Positions 1-13,595 of a stretch of 64,000 nucleotides of DNA are shown here, piece after piece; within the stretch, counting starts at the first letter, position 1; every line of letters begins with the position of its first letter. The notes under the pieces are model-generated. The model was not told where the DNA came from, did no database searches, and worked only from the letters and a program-made list of their open reading frames with translations. The stretch is taken from the NCBI RefSeq assembly GCF_001194135.2, contig NC_068996.1:13109316-13173315 (forward strand), written 5' to 3'. Source of the stretch: Octopus bimaculoides. Taxonomy: Eukaryota. The translations under genes were made by a program, and so were the position numbers.

Positions 1-750
1 TGTTAGAGATAGTGCAGGAGAAGTGGAGGGCAGGATGGAAAGATTTGACAAAAGAGAGGAAGGAGTCTATATGTTCGTGGGAGAGTGAGGTCGCACTGAT
101 ACAGTCGTCAATATAACGGCCGTATAATTCGAGAATGGGGGGGGGGGTCAGGGAAACTTGAGAATATTTGGGCCTCAACGTAGCCAACGAACAGGTTGGT
201 ATAGTTGAAGCCCATTCTCGTTCCCATGGTCACTCCCGAGAATGCTGGTAAAAAATCACCAGCGAACGAGAAGCAGTTGAGTGAGAGGACAAGTTCGGCA
301 AAAGGAACGAGTGTGGATGTGTCGCGTTGGGGTTGGGTCGAAGGTCAAGGAAATGCTGGAGTGCACGCACCTCCTCGCGGTGAGGGGTTACCGTAAGGCT
401 CTGGATGTCGAGAGTGAAGAAAAGTTTAGAGGGGCCAGGAGGAAAAGAGAAAGAGTTGAACAAACGAAGAGCGTGGTTGATGTCATGGATGTGAGAAGGG
501 AGGGAAGCCACTAGGGGGGCAAGGAGATGAGGTCATGGATAATGGAGGACACAGTCTGTTGGTAGCTGGGCGTGAGGTCAGAAGGCAGGAGAAGGAGGTA
601 TCTTAAAGTTGGCGGAGAGCTTCTGCCTTGTATAGGCCCGCGCGCCACACCACTATGGCTCCACCCTTGTCGGCCGCTTTTATGATGATGTCAGTGCGGC
701 GTCGGAGACTTCGAAGATTTCAGCTGGTGAGATGTTCAGATGATGGAATG
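1..750 (-). mobile_element. Penelope-like retroelement, decayed reverse transcriptase fragment
   Basis: Minus-strand translation across frameshifts gives IIKAADKGGAIVVW (~640-690), FFTLDIQSL (ORF 230..511), GVTMGTRMGFNYTNLFVGYVE (~170-237) and GRYIDDCI (YIDD at 104-115), the usual PLE RT motif order. Stops and frameshifts present; runs off the window start. Confidence 0.9.
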
Positions 751-1045
751 CATACTAGAGTGATATAATGTGGATTATGCGTTGTCGATAAAATGCTGTG
801 TGGGGACCGGCATGTCAGAAATGGAAAAAAAGATCCAACATTTTCTCTGCGAGTCATAAAAAGCGACTAAAAGAGGCTGGTGTAGTATTTTCACCCTGAT
901 CTCGTAAATTCCTCACCACCAATGACTACTCAAAACAGACCCATGAGTCGGAGGGTTGTTGCAAGGGGGTCATATCTATCAGCACTAGGGAATTTCGAAA
1001 GAGTAGTGGATACAGCGATTCGCTGCTATAAAGCGCATGCCCCCG

Positions 1046-1107
<62 letters not shown>
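1046..1107. repeat. (CTA)n microsatellite
   Basis: Pure trinucleotide run; explains the poly-L/poly-V ORFs 922..1227 and 926..1171. Confidence 0.97.
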
Positions 1108-1324
1108 TTAGAATGTAATCCTGAAATAAACGCGAGAAGACATTACAAAACGAAGCGAAGCAGCAGTTCACAATTCAATTCATATTTCAATATTTCGGAG
1201 TTAAAACACCTTTACCAAGAAAATTAGAGACGGTAAGAATTAGGAACCGTTTGATCAGATAAGCAACGCACACTTTCTGTGCTTGTCAACTGATACATTT
1301 GTGTGGATTTGTTATTTATTGCAG

Positions 1325-1434
1325 GTATGCAGTTTATGGACAGTGCTTCCGATGTCGGATCAAGTACATCTATTACAGTGTATCTGGAACAGTGTGTAGA
1401 TCCTCGATTCCATATCCACATAGCCGATAAAGCG
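1325..1434 (+). other. Candidate 110-bp internal exon of an unidentified host gene
   Basis: ttatttattgcag acceptor and GCG|gttagt donor; one open frame (MQFMDSASDVGSSTSITVYLEQCVDPRFHIHIADKA); no repeat family recognised. No homology confirmed. Confidence 0.2.
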
Positions 1435-1844
1435 GTTAGTCGATATGTACATATCTCTGCTGCCTGTCAAGTGATCTTCAAACGGGAATTTCTTCAAGGA
1501 AAGACCTGTGTGCACCGTTACAGTAGCGGTTCTATCTTCAAACAGTTGGTGACCTCAAGAAGCGATTGTTAAGTATGGAGATATGAGTCGTCTTAGTTTA
1601 ATAAAACAATTTGAGATTATGTGTGTATGTGTGTATGTATATTTATATATACATATAGATATGTTCATGCATACTGCATACATACATACACACACGCACA
1701 CACTTATGTGTTCGTTCTACGAGCCTACGACTTCCCCTCTCTCTCTATATATATATTTATAAATGCACATATATGCATACATATATACATACATGCTTTT
1801 TCCTAGTGTATTGAGTGCCATATTCCTTTGTTTGCGCACTCACA

Positions 1845-1937
1845 CGCACACACGCACGCAACATACACGCACACACACACACGCACACACACCTGCGCGC
1901 GCACAGACACACACACAGACATACACACAGACACACA

Positions 1938-1977
<40 letters not shown>

Positions 1978-1985
1978 TACACACA
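1845..1985. repeat. Imperfect (CA)n microsatellite
   Basis: AC/CA run with CAGA and CGCA interruptions; explains the HT/CV-rich ORFs. Confidence 0.95.
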
Positions 1986-2235
1986 TATAAATATTTGTTT
2001 CTTACGTTCAATTATAATACAAACAATTTTACATTAATCTGATTGGTTGCTCTATACTTGTGTAGTGTACAATTTTATTATTCTTAAATATGAATATTAT
2101 TGATAGTGACTTCGAAGTTTTGATCAGCTAAGCCATTATCTGATTGCTGACAATGGCTTAGCCGGTTGAAACTTAGAGGTCACTCTCAATAATATTTTTA
2201 AGAAATATATATATGTAGGTGCAGAAATATACATA

Positions 2236-2545
2236 CCGGTGCAGGTAAGAAGCTTGCTTTCCAAACACACTTTTCTGGATTCAGTCCCACCATGTGGCAT
2301 CTTCGGCAAGTGTCTTCTATTGTAGCCTCGGGCCGACCAAAGCCCTCGTGAGTAGATTTGGTTGACGGAAACTGAAAGAAGCTCATCGTATAAACATATA
2401 TATATACTTATGTGTGTGTGTGTATGTTTTTGTGTCTGTGTTTATCCCCTCATCACTGCTTGACAACCGGTGTTGGTGTTTTTAAGTCCCTTAACTTAGC
2501 GGTTCAGTAAAAGTGTTTGATATAATAAGTAATACGCTTCATTTA
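2236..2545 (+). mobile_element. tRNA-type SINE, family B (internal (TG)n tract)
   Basis: ggtaagaagcttgc...ggattcagtccca head, ggcaagtgtcttcta...gggccgaccaaagcc body and aacttagcggttc 3' part, shared with copies at 22.3, 42.2, 53.0 and 54.4 kb. Confidence 0.8.
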
Positions 2546-3535
2546 ATTCGTTCTTAGTCTAAAGACATCTGTTGTTATGTCCTGTTATTGTTTTTATTGT
2601 ATTCGTGTAACCTTGTGCGTTTTTTTCTGTCCTTGGCTTAGTATACATTCGCTGTTTTCTTCCTAGGAATCTAATGCTCTTAGCTTAGTTCTTCCTTGGG
2701 GCTGGCCAGTTTGGAACAATTTCGAGTATAATCAGCCGAAATTGCAAAGATAATCTGGAACTCGACTGAGGAAAGAAAACTCCGAATGACCTGTCCTTGT
2801 TTTCTTTGTATCGTCTTTCTGGATGTTTTGTCTCCCTTTCTTTTATCACCTAACTGTCTGGATGTTTTGCGTTCTTGTCTCACTTAGTATTATATATATN
2901 NNNNNNNNNNNNNNNNNNNNNNNNNNNNNNNNNNNNNNNNNNNNNNNNNNNNNNNNNNNNNNNNNNNNNNCATACATATACATACATATATTTGTATATA
3001 CATGCATATATGGGCACAGGATACCACGGAACGTAAACAACATAAAATACAAAAACATGAAATACGAAAACATGGAATACGAACTTTTTTACAAACAACG
3101 AAAGAAACAAACGGAAAACAAGACAAACAACACGAAAAAACGACCCTTCATTAGTTGTTGGCTGTTTTTCTACTTCGTATTTCGAGCATTTCACAAGATA
3201 CGTTTTCGATATAACAGTTGCTTCCGCAAAGCAAATTAAATAAAATTTGGGATTTTGCGGAGGGTCAAAGTTGGTAACAAAAACAAGACAGTGAGAACAG
3301 ATAGGAAGAGTTGCTAATCATAGACGAGCTGAGTAGGTGAACGCGGAGAAAGAAGCTCTGACAGGAGAAAGACAGTGGATATATACACTATTGTGCACAT
3401 ACACACCTAGATATACACCCATATATAAGAGTAAAATTTAAAGTTTTTTCATCACTAACATACTTTAAATGTTTTAGTTAGATTATTTACATTATTTACA
3501 TTTGACGGATATTTGTCCTCATCTTGTTTGTTGTT

Positions 3536-3581
3536 AACACAACGTTTCGACTGATATACCCTCCAGCCTTCATCAGGTGTC
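3536..3581 (-). ncRNA. Minimal type I hammerhead ribozyme motif
   Basis: Minus strand reads gacac-CTGATGA-a-ggctg-gagggtatat-cagtc-GAAA-CGTT-gtgtt: 5-bp stem I, 5-bp stem II, palindromic ACGT in place of stem III, GUU cleavage triplet. Confidence 0.75.
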
Positions 3582-3634
3582 TTGGGAAAATCTCGAACCT
3601 GGGTTCTCATTCCTAAGGTTCGAAATTTTCTCAA

Positions 3635-3680
3635 GACACCTGATGAAGGCTGGAGGGTCTATTAGCAGAAACGTTGTGTT
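3635..3680 (+). ncRNA. Minimal hammerhead ribozyme motif, stem II degraded
   Basis: gacac-CTGATGA-a-ggctg-gagggtctat-tagca-GAAA-CGTT-gtgtt; core intact but the closing pair of stem II is a G/A mismatch. Confidence 0.6.
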
Positions 3681-4544
3681 AACAACAAGATGAGGACAAA
3701 TATCCGTCAAATGTAAAAAATGTAAATAAAGTAAACAATGTAAATAATGTACATAATTCCTCATCTCTTAAATATAGATCTGTATTAAAATGCTTTATTT
3801 TAATATCGATTCTGATTTCAACTTGAAATCATTACAAATATGTCATTCCCTTCAGTCGCATAGACCCTTGATATTTTGACGATTCCATTCTCTGCCGGAT
3901 CCATAACATCCAAATTGTTACTGCTCTTCTGATTGTCTTTGATCTTTCCTGCTGCCAAATATTTTATTGAAACGAAAATTCCTTTACTTTTTCTCTACTC
4001 TCAAACTCTATTACTGTTCCGATGTTTCTGAAATATTTCTCTCTTTCATTAAACCTAGAATCCCTATAAACCTTTTATTCATAAGCTCTCTAGCTTCCGG
4101 TACTCTTAAGCAGGTAATTTGAAGTAATCTCATATGCCACATGTGTCACACTCTCCCATAGAACAATTGCGCCATGATCAATCATTTGTTTTAAATCTCA
4201 CACTAAATCACGGTATTAAATCACTCAAAAACTCCGAATGCGTGCTCGTTGCAAACATCATTTGGCCGTTTCATTTACCCTCTTTCGGTGTTTGGCATGC
4301 CCATCCGATACGAAATACAACCGCTACGAGATCCACGAAATACAGCCAACAACACGTTATATTAATTAACTTACTCGACATAATTTCCTCTGTGTTTGAA
4401 TGAACATATCACTTATCTTCCTAATGCTACATCCATTGATAATATCTATTTATTTGAATTTGTTTCTAGGAATGCTTTTACTTTTATTTTAAACTTATTT
4501 CAGCAATTTTAAAAGTCATTGGTTTTAATAGTAGTTTGTACATT

Positions 4545-4630
4545 TCAAGTTCAGCCAACTTTCACTTTACCTTTCGTCGTCTTGAGGTCGATAAATAAGT
4601 ACCAGTCAAGCTTTAGGTTCGACGTAATTT
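4545..4630 (+). mobile_element. SINE family A, central fragment
   Basis: gaggtcgataaataagtaccagt matches the family A core seen at 13596 and 62005. Confidence 0.55.
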
Positions 4631-4809
4631 TCTGACTTTGTGCTTAAAATAGAAACAGATATTATTCTGTACATGTGCAGGAATCAGGTATTATCAAAAA
4701 CTTCAACAATGTTTTCTTACATGTAATTGTAGATCAATGACGTTAATACAACCCAGACCTCAGGTATTGTAAAATTATGCTGGTAAACGTGTTGTAGTAG
4801 ACCGTACTC

Positions 4810-5265
4810 AAGTTTTTCCCCTCTATTCTTTTTGCTGCTTCATTCAATTTGACTCAACAACTTTCACACTTTACTTAATTGACTGCCACCATCTTTTACC
4901 GCCAGTCGCTGTATTTTCACATGTCCCAATTAGGTCATCAGCTCTGTTGGGATGTTGTTTGATTCCAGCAGAATAAACTCCACGCTAGGCATATATGTTT
5001 ACTGCAAGACTTTGTGGTTGGAGGTGGTGGTGGGGGGGGGGTATTGCCAACAAATGTTGATTATATATTGTAGCTGATGCAACTGGCAGATCAACAACTT
5101 TTTGATGTCTTAACGATACAATGCATAGGACTTAACAGAATATAACAGGATAATGCTACTGTTTGGTAACATTTTCCCTTTCATTGACAGTTTTATGCCA
5201 CATTGTTTCCACAATCGATAACTGAGCACTCCAGATTTAACTTGATACAAGATTTCATCGTTTAT
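4810..5265 (-). mobile_element. RTE-clade LINE, decayed 3' fragment
   Basis: ORF 5110..5301 contains RLWKQCGIKLSMKGKM...ILLYSVKSY (RTE post-RT region); further downstream KRWWQSIK*SVKVVES resembles the RTE C-terminus. Confidence 0.5.
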
Positions 5266-7095
5266 TATTATTTTTTTTTTGTATTCACCGCACTTACACA
5301 ATATCCAAAATGGTGAGCAATTTTCTAGATACGTTCAAGGTAAATAACTAGTCAAAATAAGTTTATCAGCGAAGTGAACTTTGCCAATACTCATATTGTA
5401 ACACGTCCTGAGGGATATGAGTCTAGGTAGCTTCAAAAGTCCACCATACATTTTTGTGAGAATATATACATTCCACTTCGTAGTTCACTGGCCGTCGTCC
5501 TTTACCTTGAAATAGGTACGAGTGTTCAGCCCTGTTTACTGCATAGATAACCGGAGAAGAGGCCGTGGTGTCTCCTCTCCTAGAGTATTTCGTGGTCTTC
5601 ATGGCTAACCTCTAACCTCTCCTATTTATACTGGAGTTCCATTTCTTTTGAGCAAAGTGCATAAGACTTCCCTTTCTTTATTTTCGTATGCGTTCGTTAA
5701 GGTAATGCATACGATAAAAGGTAAGAATTATTTTTTCGAAATCTAGTGCCTGAATTTGTCGCAAGGTGAAAATCATATTGTTGGTGACCCACACTGGTTT
5801 TGAAGAAGAATTCGTTCGGATGTTGTTTGCAGTTGCTCGAGCGAGTTTTTGAACGAATTATATCTGTGATCGAGGGAAGTCAATTTCATCGGTACTTCCC
5901 ACACCATTCTGTTCATCTTGATTCTAGAAATATCGATATTGTAGCACATCATTTCGTATCAGCTATATTCGGCTCTTCCAGAATTAGTCACATCCAATGT
6001 TGTTCTAATTTCATAAGTTGAAAATGAATTTGTTAGTTTCCTTCTTGCATTATTTTGACAACAGAAATAGAGAAACCAGTAAGCATACTTTCTCATCGAG
6101 AGTGGACTTTTCTTTTATCTTTTCTTGTATCGGACGTCCCCGGCTTGCAGATGCGTTTACGCACACATACACGAACACGAATTTGTATATATGTATACAG
6201 GTATACATGTATGTGTGTGTATACACACACGCACACATGCACATCTGTGTGTGTTTTCCTCTGTTAATTCATTCCTCAAATTTGCTGATATGTGAAACCA
6301 AGGAGATAAGCCGGCAAGACTTAATATCTGCGTTCTGCACTCCTTTATGAATAGGGAATATAGCACCTTCTTATGAATATTTGTGGAATTTACCACTTGC
6401 AAGAAATGTTTGGATAAGTATCTCAAGCGGCTTTACTAGGGGAATTATTAAGAACCCAGCAGGCTTTGTTGCAGAATTTGCGATAATTCAATTTATGGTT
6501 GAGATTATATCTTCCTTCTTATGTCAATATAATCGATGGCTGCCGCTTAACTGTGCAGAGTGTTAGTGACCAGGAGCACATCTGGTTGACGTATTTGTAC
6601 GTGTTTCATCGAGAGTATGAACACAGTTTTTTAATTATTCATTCAGTTAAACATTATGAGTCTGCTGCCAGGAAAATATTTCCTAGGAACAATGGTTATG
6701 CTTTGTAATGTATCGAAACTCATTCTCTTACAAATATATTAAACATACCAATGTTCATGTTAATATTCTCTAAGAAATGGTTTCTATTTCTTTTTATTTC
6801 CTAATTTTCGTGCGGTTACTTGAGTTTGTTGTTTATATCTAAGGGAACTATTTTGAGTGATGTGTGTGCGTGCGTGCATGCACACACACACATTTTTATT
6901 TGATTCACTCATTATACTGCATACATAATGGAGGTACTGCCTTGAAGAGATTTTTAGTCGACCCCAGTACATATTTTTTGAAAGGTTGTTAGTTATTCTA
7001 TTGGTGTCTATGTGCGGACCGCTATGTCGTAGGGTTGTAAACACATCAACACCAGTTGTCACGAGGTGGTAGCAGACAAACACAAAGACACGCAC

Positions 7096-7180
<85 letters not shown>

Positions 7181-8189
7181 NNNNNNNNNNNNNNNNNNNN
7201 NNNNNNNNNNNNNNNNNNNNNNNNNNNNNNNNNNNNNNNNNNNNNNNNNNNNNNNNNNNNNNNNNNNNNNNNNNNNNNNNNNNNNNNNNNNNNNNNNNNN
7301 NNNNNNNNNNNNNNNNNNNNNNNNNNNNNNNNNNNNNNNNNNNNNNNNNNNNNNNNNNNNNNNNNNNNNNNNNNNNNNNNNNNNNNNNNNNNNNNNNNNN
7401 NNNNNNNNNNNNNNNNNNNNNNNNNNNNNNNNNNNNNNNNNNNNNNNNNNNNNNNNNNNNNNNNNNNNNNNNNNNNNNNNNNNNNNNNNNNNNNNNNNNN
7501 NNNNNNNNNNNNNNNNNNNNNNNNNNNNNNNNNNNNNNNNNNNNNNNNNNNNNNNNNNNNNNNNNNNNNNNNNNNNNNNNNNNNNNNNNNNNNNNNNNNN
7601 NNNNNNNNNNNNNNNNNNNNNNNNNNNNNNNNNNNNNNNNNNNNNNNNNNNNNNNNNNNNNNNNNNNNNNNNNNNNNNNNNNNNNNNNNNNNNNNNNNNN
7701 NNNNNNNNNNNNNNNNNNNNNNNNNNNNNNNNNNNNNNNNNNNNNNNNNNNNNNNNNNNNNNNNNNNNNNNNNNNNNNNNNNNNNNNNNNNNNNNNNNNN
7801 NNNNNNNNNNNNNNNNNNNNNNNNNNNNNNNNNNNNNNNNNNNNNNNNNNNNNNNNNNNNNNNNNNNNNNNNNNNNNNNNNNNNNNNNNNNNNNNNNNNN
7901 NNNNNNNNNNNNNNNNNNNNNNNNNNNNNNNNNNNNNNNNNNNNNNNNNNNNNNNNNNNNNNNNNNNNNNNNNNNNNNNNNNNNNNNNNNNNNNNNNNNN
8001 NNNNNNNNNNNNNNNNNNNNNNNNNNNNNNNNNNNNNNNNNNNNNNNNNNNNNNNNNNNNNNNNNNNNNNNNNNNNNNNNNNNNNAAGTAAGAAGAAAAA
8101 GTGAAAATGCACATTGAATATAAAAAAATAAAGGCTTTTTATGAAAAGTAGCAATAAATAAATACAATTAGATGAACTGAGGTAGAATT

Positions 8190-8790
8190 AAGAGGAATTA
8201 AATTCATTATTTTGAAATGTTAAAGAGATTCAAAGTCAAACCGGTATCGTCTTTGTTGTTCACTGGCTTTGAAATTGCACCGATTACCAAACGGTGTCAG
8301 GTCTACTAGTGCCCGAGTAAAAAGATTGTGTAAGGGAGGTAAGTAGTTCTGGACGTGGTGCAATTAGGGTCGATATAATACTGTAATACGAATGGTATAA
8401 GGAATGTATGGGTGTTAGTGGCATTATTGATAAGGTTAGTAGTGTTCTGTATTATGTTGTGTTCATGTTAAGTTGTGGATGATATTTATTGACGAAAGCT
8501 ACTTCTTTACTCATTCTTTGCTGTACTGAGGTGTTCTGTGACCATTGACAGAAGGGAAAAATTAGGAAATTAGGATTAAGGTTCCTAGTACACCTATTTA
8601 TGTGTTCACTTACCTGTATCTGTCTGTATTGTGGGTGGAGGATTTGTTCTTTGTGAAGAGTAGTTCTTCGACGAAATGATATTCCTGTTTGGCCAATATA
8701 TTAATTACAGCACCCTAAGCATAGATTAGGTCTTCTGAGGCACAGGTGAAATGTGATTTAATCTTAATTATATACATATACAATTCTTCA
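8190..8790 (-). mobile_element. Penelope-like element 3' end: GIY-YIG endonuclease remnant plus 3' UTR
   Basis: Minus strand reads SHFTCASEDLIYA, then YIGQTGISFRRRTTLHKEQILHPQYRQIQVSEHINRC...FLIFPF...NKYHPQLN*; collinear with the C-terminus of the 16-19 kb element. 5' part lost in the N gap. Confidence 0.85.
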
Positions 8791-9029
8791 TTCTTGAGAT
8801 TATNNNNNNNNNNNNNNNNNNNNNNNNNNNNNNNNNNNNNNNNNNNNNNNNNNNNNNNNNNNNNNNNNNNNNNNNNNNNNNNNNNNNNNNNNNNNNNNNN
8901 NNNNNNNNNNNNNNNNNNNNNTATATACATAAATAAAATTATTTACACATACATACGCGCAAACGAAAAACAACCGCGTATATGTAAACATACAAGATGC
9001 ATATTGTCGTATGTTTTATATATGTATGT

Positions 9030-9138
9030 GTTTGTCTGCTTGTGTATCTGTCTGCTTGTGTATCTGTCTGCTTGTGTATCTCTCTGCCTGTTTGTCTCTC
9101 TGTCTCTGTCTATGTATGTATGTATGTATGTATGTATG

Positions 9139-9185
<47 letters not shown>

Positions 9186-9330
9186 ATCTATCTCTCTATC
9201 TAATCTATCTAACGATATGTATCCATCCATACATACATACAAATACTGCAAACTTGTAAAGCCAAGATGTAATGTCAGAAACACAAGTGAAAAATACATT
9301 TTTATGTGTTTAGGTGTGTGAGAGCATGTA

Positions 9331-9379
<49 letters not shown>

Positions 9380-9575
9380 TTATATATATTCATCGGACCA
9401 AGTAACCAACACCTACGTATGTATGTTTGCATATATTTACGTATGTACGTATGTACGTATGTACGTATGTATGTATTATGTATGTATGTATGTGTCTGTC
9501 TGTCTGCCTGTCTGTCTGTCTGCCTGTCTGTCTGTCTGCCTGTCTGTCTGTCTGCCTGTCTGTCTGCCTACCCAC
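9030..9575. repeat. Compound tetranucleotide microsatellites (TGTC/TATG/TATC/CT)
   Basis: Direct inspection; explains the YLSI/VCLS ORFs. Confidence 0.95.
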
Positions 9576-10342
9576 CAACAAGTCTGTATACTTGTCGGTT
9601 TATCTATCTCTCAGTTTCTCTTCATTTACATAAACATACATATATACATACATACATATATATATACATATATATGCATATATATATATATATATATATA
9701 TATANNNNNNNNNNNNNNNNNNNNNNNNNNNNNNNNNNNNNNNNNNNNNNNNNNNNNNNNNNNNNNNNNNNNNNNNNNNNNNNNNNNNNNNNNNNNNNNN
9801 NNNNNNNNNNNNNNNNNNNNNNNNNNNNNNNNNNNNNNNNNNNNNNNNNNNNNNNNNNNNNNNNNNNNNNNNNNNNNNNNNNNNNNNNNNNNNNNNNNNN
9901 NNNNNNNNNNNNNNNNNNNNNNNNNNNNNNNNNNNNNNNNNNNNNNNNNNNNNNNNNNNNNNNNNNNNNNNNNNNNNNNNNNNNNNNNNNNNNNNNNNNN
10001 NNNNNNNNNNNNNNNNNNNNNNNNNNNNNNNNNNNNNNNNNNNNNNNNNNNNNNNNNNNNNNNNNNNNNNNNNNNNNNNNNNNNNNNNNNNNNNNNNNNN
10101 NNNNNNNNNNNNNNNNNNNNNNNNNNNNNNNNNNNNNNNNNNNNNNNNNNNNNNNNNNNNNNNNNNNNNNNNNNNNNNNNNNNNNNNNNNNNNNNNNNNN
10201 NNNNNNNNNNNNNNNNNNNNNNNNNNNNNNNNNNNNNNNNNNNNNNNNNNNNNNNNNNNNNNNNNNNNNNNNNNNNNNNNNNNNNNNNNNNNNNNNNNNN
10301 NNNNNNNNNNNNNNNNNNNNNNNNNNNNNNNNNNNNNNNNNN

Positions 10343-10399
<57 letters not shown>

Positions 10400-10667
10400 A
10401 TATATATATATATATGCATATATATAAGCTAAAATTCCTAAATTCTGGACAAGTGCCAAGATAAAGAACATTAAACAATTGTATGACTTACGACAATCAG
10501 AAGAAATGAACCAACAAAAGGAATAATGGTAAAGTTTTGATTGACGAACTATAAAATGTCAATAGAATATGTTACTAATTTTGTTAGTGGTAGACAATTT
10601 GAACTCTCCTCGTACTGCAGCCATTTACTTACATACGTGTTCAAGTGTGTGTGTATATATACACGCG

Positions 10668-10709
<42 letters not shown>

Positions 10710-11029
10710 AACACACACACACACACTCACNNNNNNNNNNACAAACACAAACACACACACACACACTCACACACACACACACACACTCACACACACACAC
10801 ACACATATATACATATATACACACACACACAAACACACAGATATATTCGCACTCACATATATACACACACACGCACACATGCATGCATATACAGACACAG
10901 ACTCATGTATACAGATATACAGCTCGCGGGCGCATGTGGCCCTTCCATTTATTCCACTGGTCCCTGTATGCATGTATGTGCATGCAAGTGTACATATGTC
11001 CATCTACTTCTCTACCTATTTAATTTTTT

Positions 11030-11081
<52 letters not shown>

Positions 11082-11099
11082 TTATCTGTCTGTCTGTCC

Positions 11100-11189
<90 letters not shown>

Positions 11190-11190
11190 A
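11030..11190. repeat. (TCTA)n-(TCTG)n-(TCTA)n compound microsatellite
   Basis: Direct inspection. Confidence 0.95.
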
Positions 11191-12037
11191 TACGCCTGAA
11201 CAAGCAGGCACATACACAAACACACACACACATACACACACACTTATTTGTATACTAGCATATATAAACATCCAAACACTTGCTTTTATATGTACTTCCT
11301 CAGTGTATAAGCACGAACTACGCGTTTGTGTATGTGTTTATAAGGTATATGTATGGGTTTGTGAGTCTATGTGTATATGTATTTGGTGCGTCCCTCATTC
11401 AATAGTAAAGTTAGAGGAAAAAAGATGACGTCACAGAGGCGCAATGCAGTGAAAATAAATAAATAAACAACCAACCATCTCTTCGTACCTGCTTGAATCA
11501 GTCGACCAAAGGCGTTTTATCAGTCACGAGATGAAACATTTGAAGTGTTTATTATTAGCGAAAAAATTGAATCATACTTTTTTTATGGGAGCAGAGAAGG
11601 GAGAAAAAAAAACAGCCGAGAGTAACTAATACCACTAGGAATTCATTCTGCACCGTTCGAATTTGAGATAAATTGATATAAATATACACATACAAGAAAA
11701 CATAATGTAACGCAAATAAATACGTATAAGCATATCAATGTATACATGAAGAACACATGGATAATGACACGCACACTGAGACATGTACCTGCACGTATGC
11801 ATTGAACAGAGGCAGATATACATATTCATATTCTAACACACACACACACACACACACGCACGCACGCACATACATATGCACACATATTTGTGAGTGTGTG
11901 TGTATATATATATATAAGATATAGATATAGATATAAATATAGATATAGATACATACATACATCTACATGTATGTATGTATATATATATATATGCTATAAT
12001 ATAATATATATATATACATATATAAACATATATATGA

Positions 12038-12074
<37 letters not shown>

Positions 12075-12337
12075 CGTGTGTGTGTGTGTGTGTCTGTGCA
12101 TGTGTGTATTGTGGGTATTCACATGTGTATATCTATGTAGGCAGAAGCATGCAAATAGTCGGGCACACACATGTATTTATGAGCAAACTCGCACGCAGTC
12201 CAAAATGTGAAATGGCTCACTGAAAAACATTACGTTTGGTAATTAAACTGCTAACATTCATTCATATCAATACACACATATCTCTGTCTCTGTCTCTCTT
12301 TCTCTCATTCTCTCTCGCACATACACACGCACACATT

Positions 12338-12375
<38 letters not shown>

Positions 12376-12840
12376 CGAATATAGCTATACGCCCATATAA
12401 AATGTGCAACATAAAAATGCTCCTCTGATTCTCCATTCTTGCCAAATGTCTTAACTGTAAACGTTCGGTGTGCTCCGGTTCAAATCACAATGGTCACTGA
12501 AAGAAAAACGAGAATCCATTAGCTAAATGAAGGCACTATAGCCATTGCCTAAAATTATTAGAAACACACTAATGGCTGTATAAAATATGGAACGTTTTTC
12601 TGTCGTATCTTGCATATACCTACCTACCTACCTACCTACCTACCTACCTACCTACCTACCTACCTACCTACCTATCTATCTACCAACTTACATACATACA
12701 TACACCAAAGAGATAAAGCATTAATGGTGATACTCTTGTGACTGTGATTCGAAAACGTCAGGATGAGAAAGTACCAAGAAGAGATTTGATTCTTGGATAG
12801 TAGTACTACAAGAAGTTACCTTTACCGACCATATCTTATC

Positions 12841-12944
12841 AGCCTGTAGCCAGTTCTTAGCCTGTAGCCAGTTCTTAGCCGGTAGCCAGTTCTTAGCCTG
12901 TAGCCAGTTCTTAGCCTGTAGCCAGTTCTTAGCCTGTAGCCAGT
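12841..12944 (+). repeat. 18-bp minisatellite (agcctgtagccagttctt) x ~5.8 inside the LINE
   Basis: Five full units (one substitution) plus a partial unit; gives the WLQAKN repeat in ORF 12721..13011. Confidence 0.95.
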
Positions 12945-13595
12945 ACACCACACAAGATAGCTCTGGCGGGGACAAAACTGATCCCCCTAAAAGCAGAACA
13001 TGGCAAAACATTACCGATCAATTGAACGCCAGAACTTAATGTATAAAATAAATACAGCCTGCCTAAACCAATTTCTCTATGAGAATTATGAAAGTAATAA
13101 CAACATCACAGCTGAACAAGCAGCTGGGCAGAAGGGTGTCCGAAGACGTGCTGAGAAATTGTTGAGAAAAAAAAAACTGTAATATCAGAGGTGCAACAGC
13201 ATAGGAGGAACCTAATTTCAATGTGTCTGAACTACAAGAGAACCTTTCATTCTGTTCGCCACCTATGGATGCTAGAAATCCTTAACCTAAAGTTCTAAAA
13301 TTCTAAAGTACTAAAGTTCCAGAGACTATAATCGAAACCATAGCTGACCTTATTTCGTCTTGCGCCACCATCTTGAAATTGAATATAAGGTGTGATTGTA
13401 TTACTATTGATAAAATTCAATGTCGCAGAGGTATATTCCAAGGGGACAGCCTCCCTGATGCTGTTCATACTTTCAGTAAACCCCTTGTCATTTATGTTGT
13501 GCAAGTCTGAAGTTTATCTCATTGGTTCATAAGGTGAATGAAATACCAAATTTACTCATTGCTTCTTTGTGAATGATTTGAAACTATATGCCAAA

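Larger units (their letters stand above)
3481..3757. mobile_element. Head-to-head inverted pair of PLE-type terminal-repeat (pLTR) fragments, each carrying a hammerhead motif
   Basis: 3481-3600 is the near-exact reverse complement of ~3616-3735; the same repeat occurs on + at 53961-54115. Confidence 0.85.

Noticed and set aside
12841-12944. 18-bp and 19-bp (51355-51467) tandem repeats as possible CRISPR arrays
   Set aside because: Units are contiguous with no unique spacers, and the context is eukaryotic.
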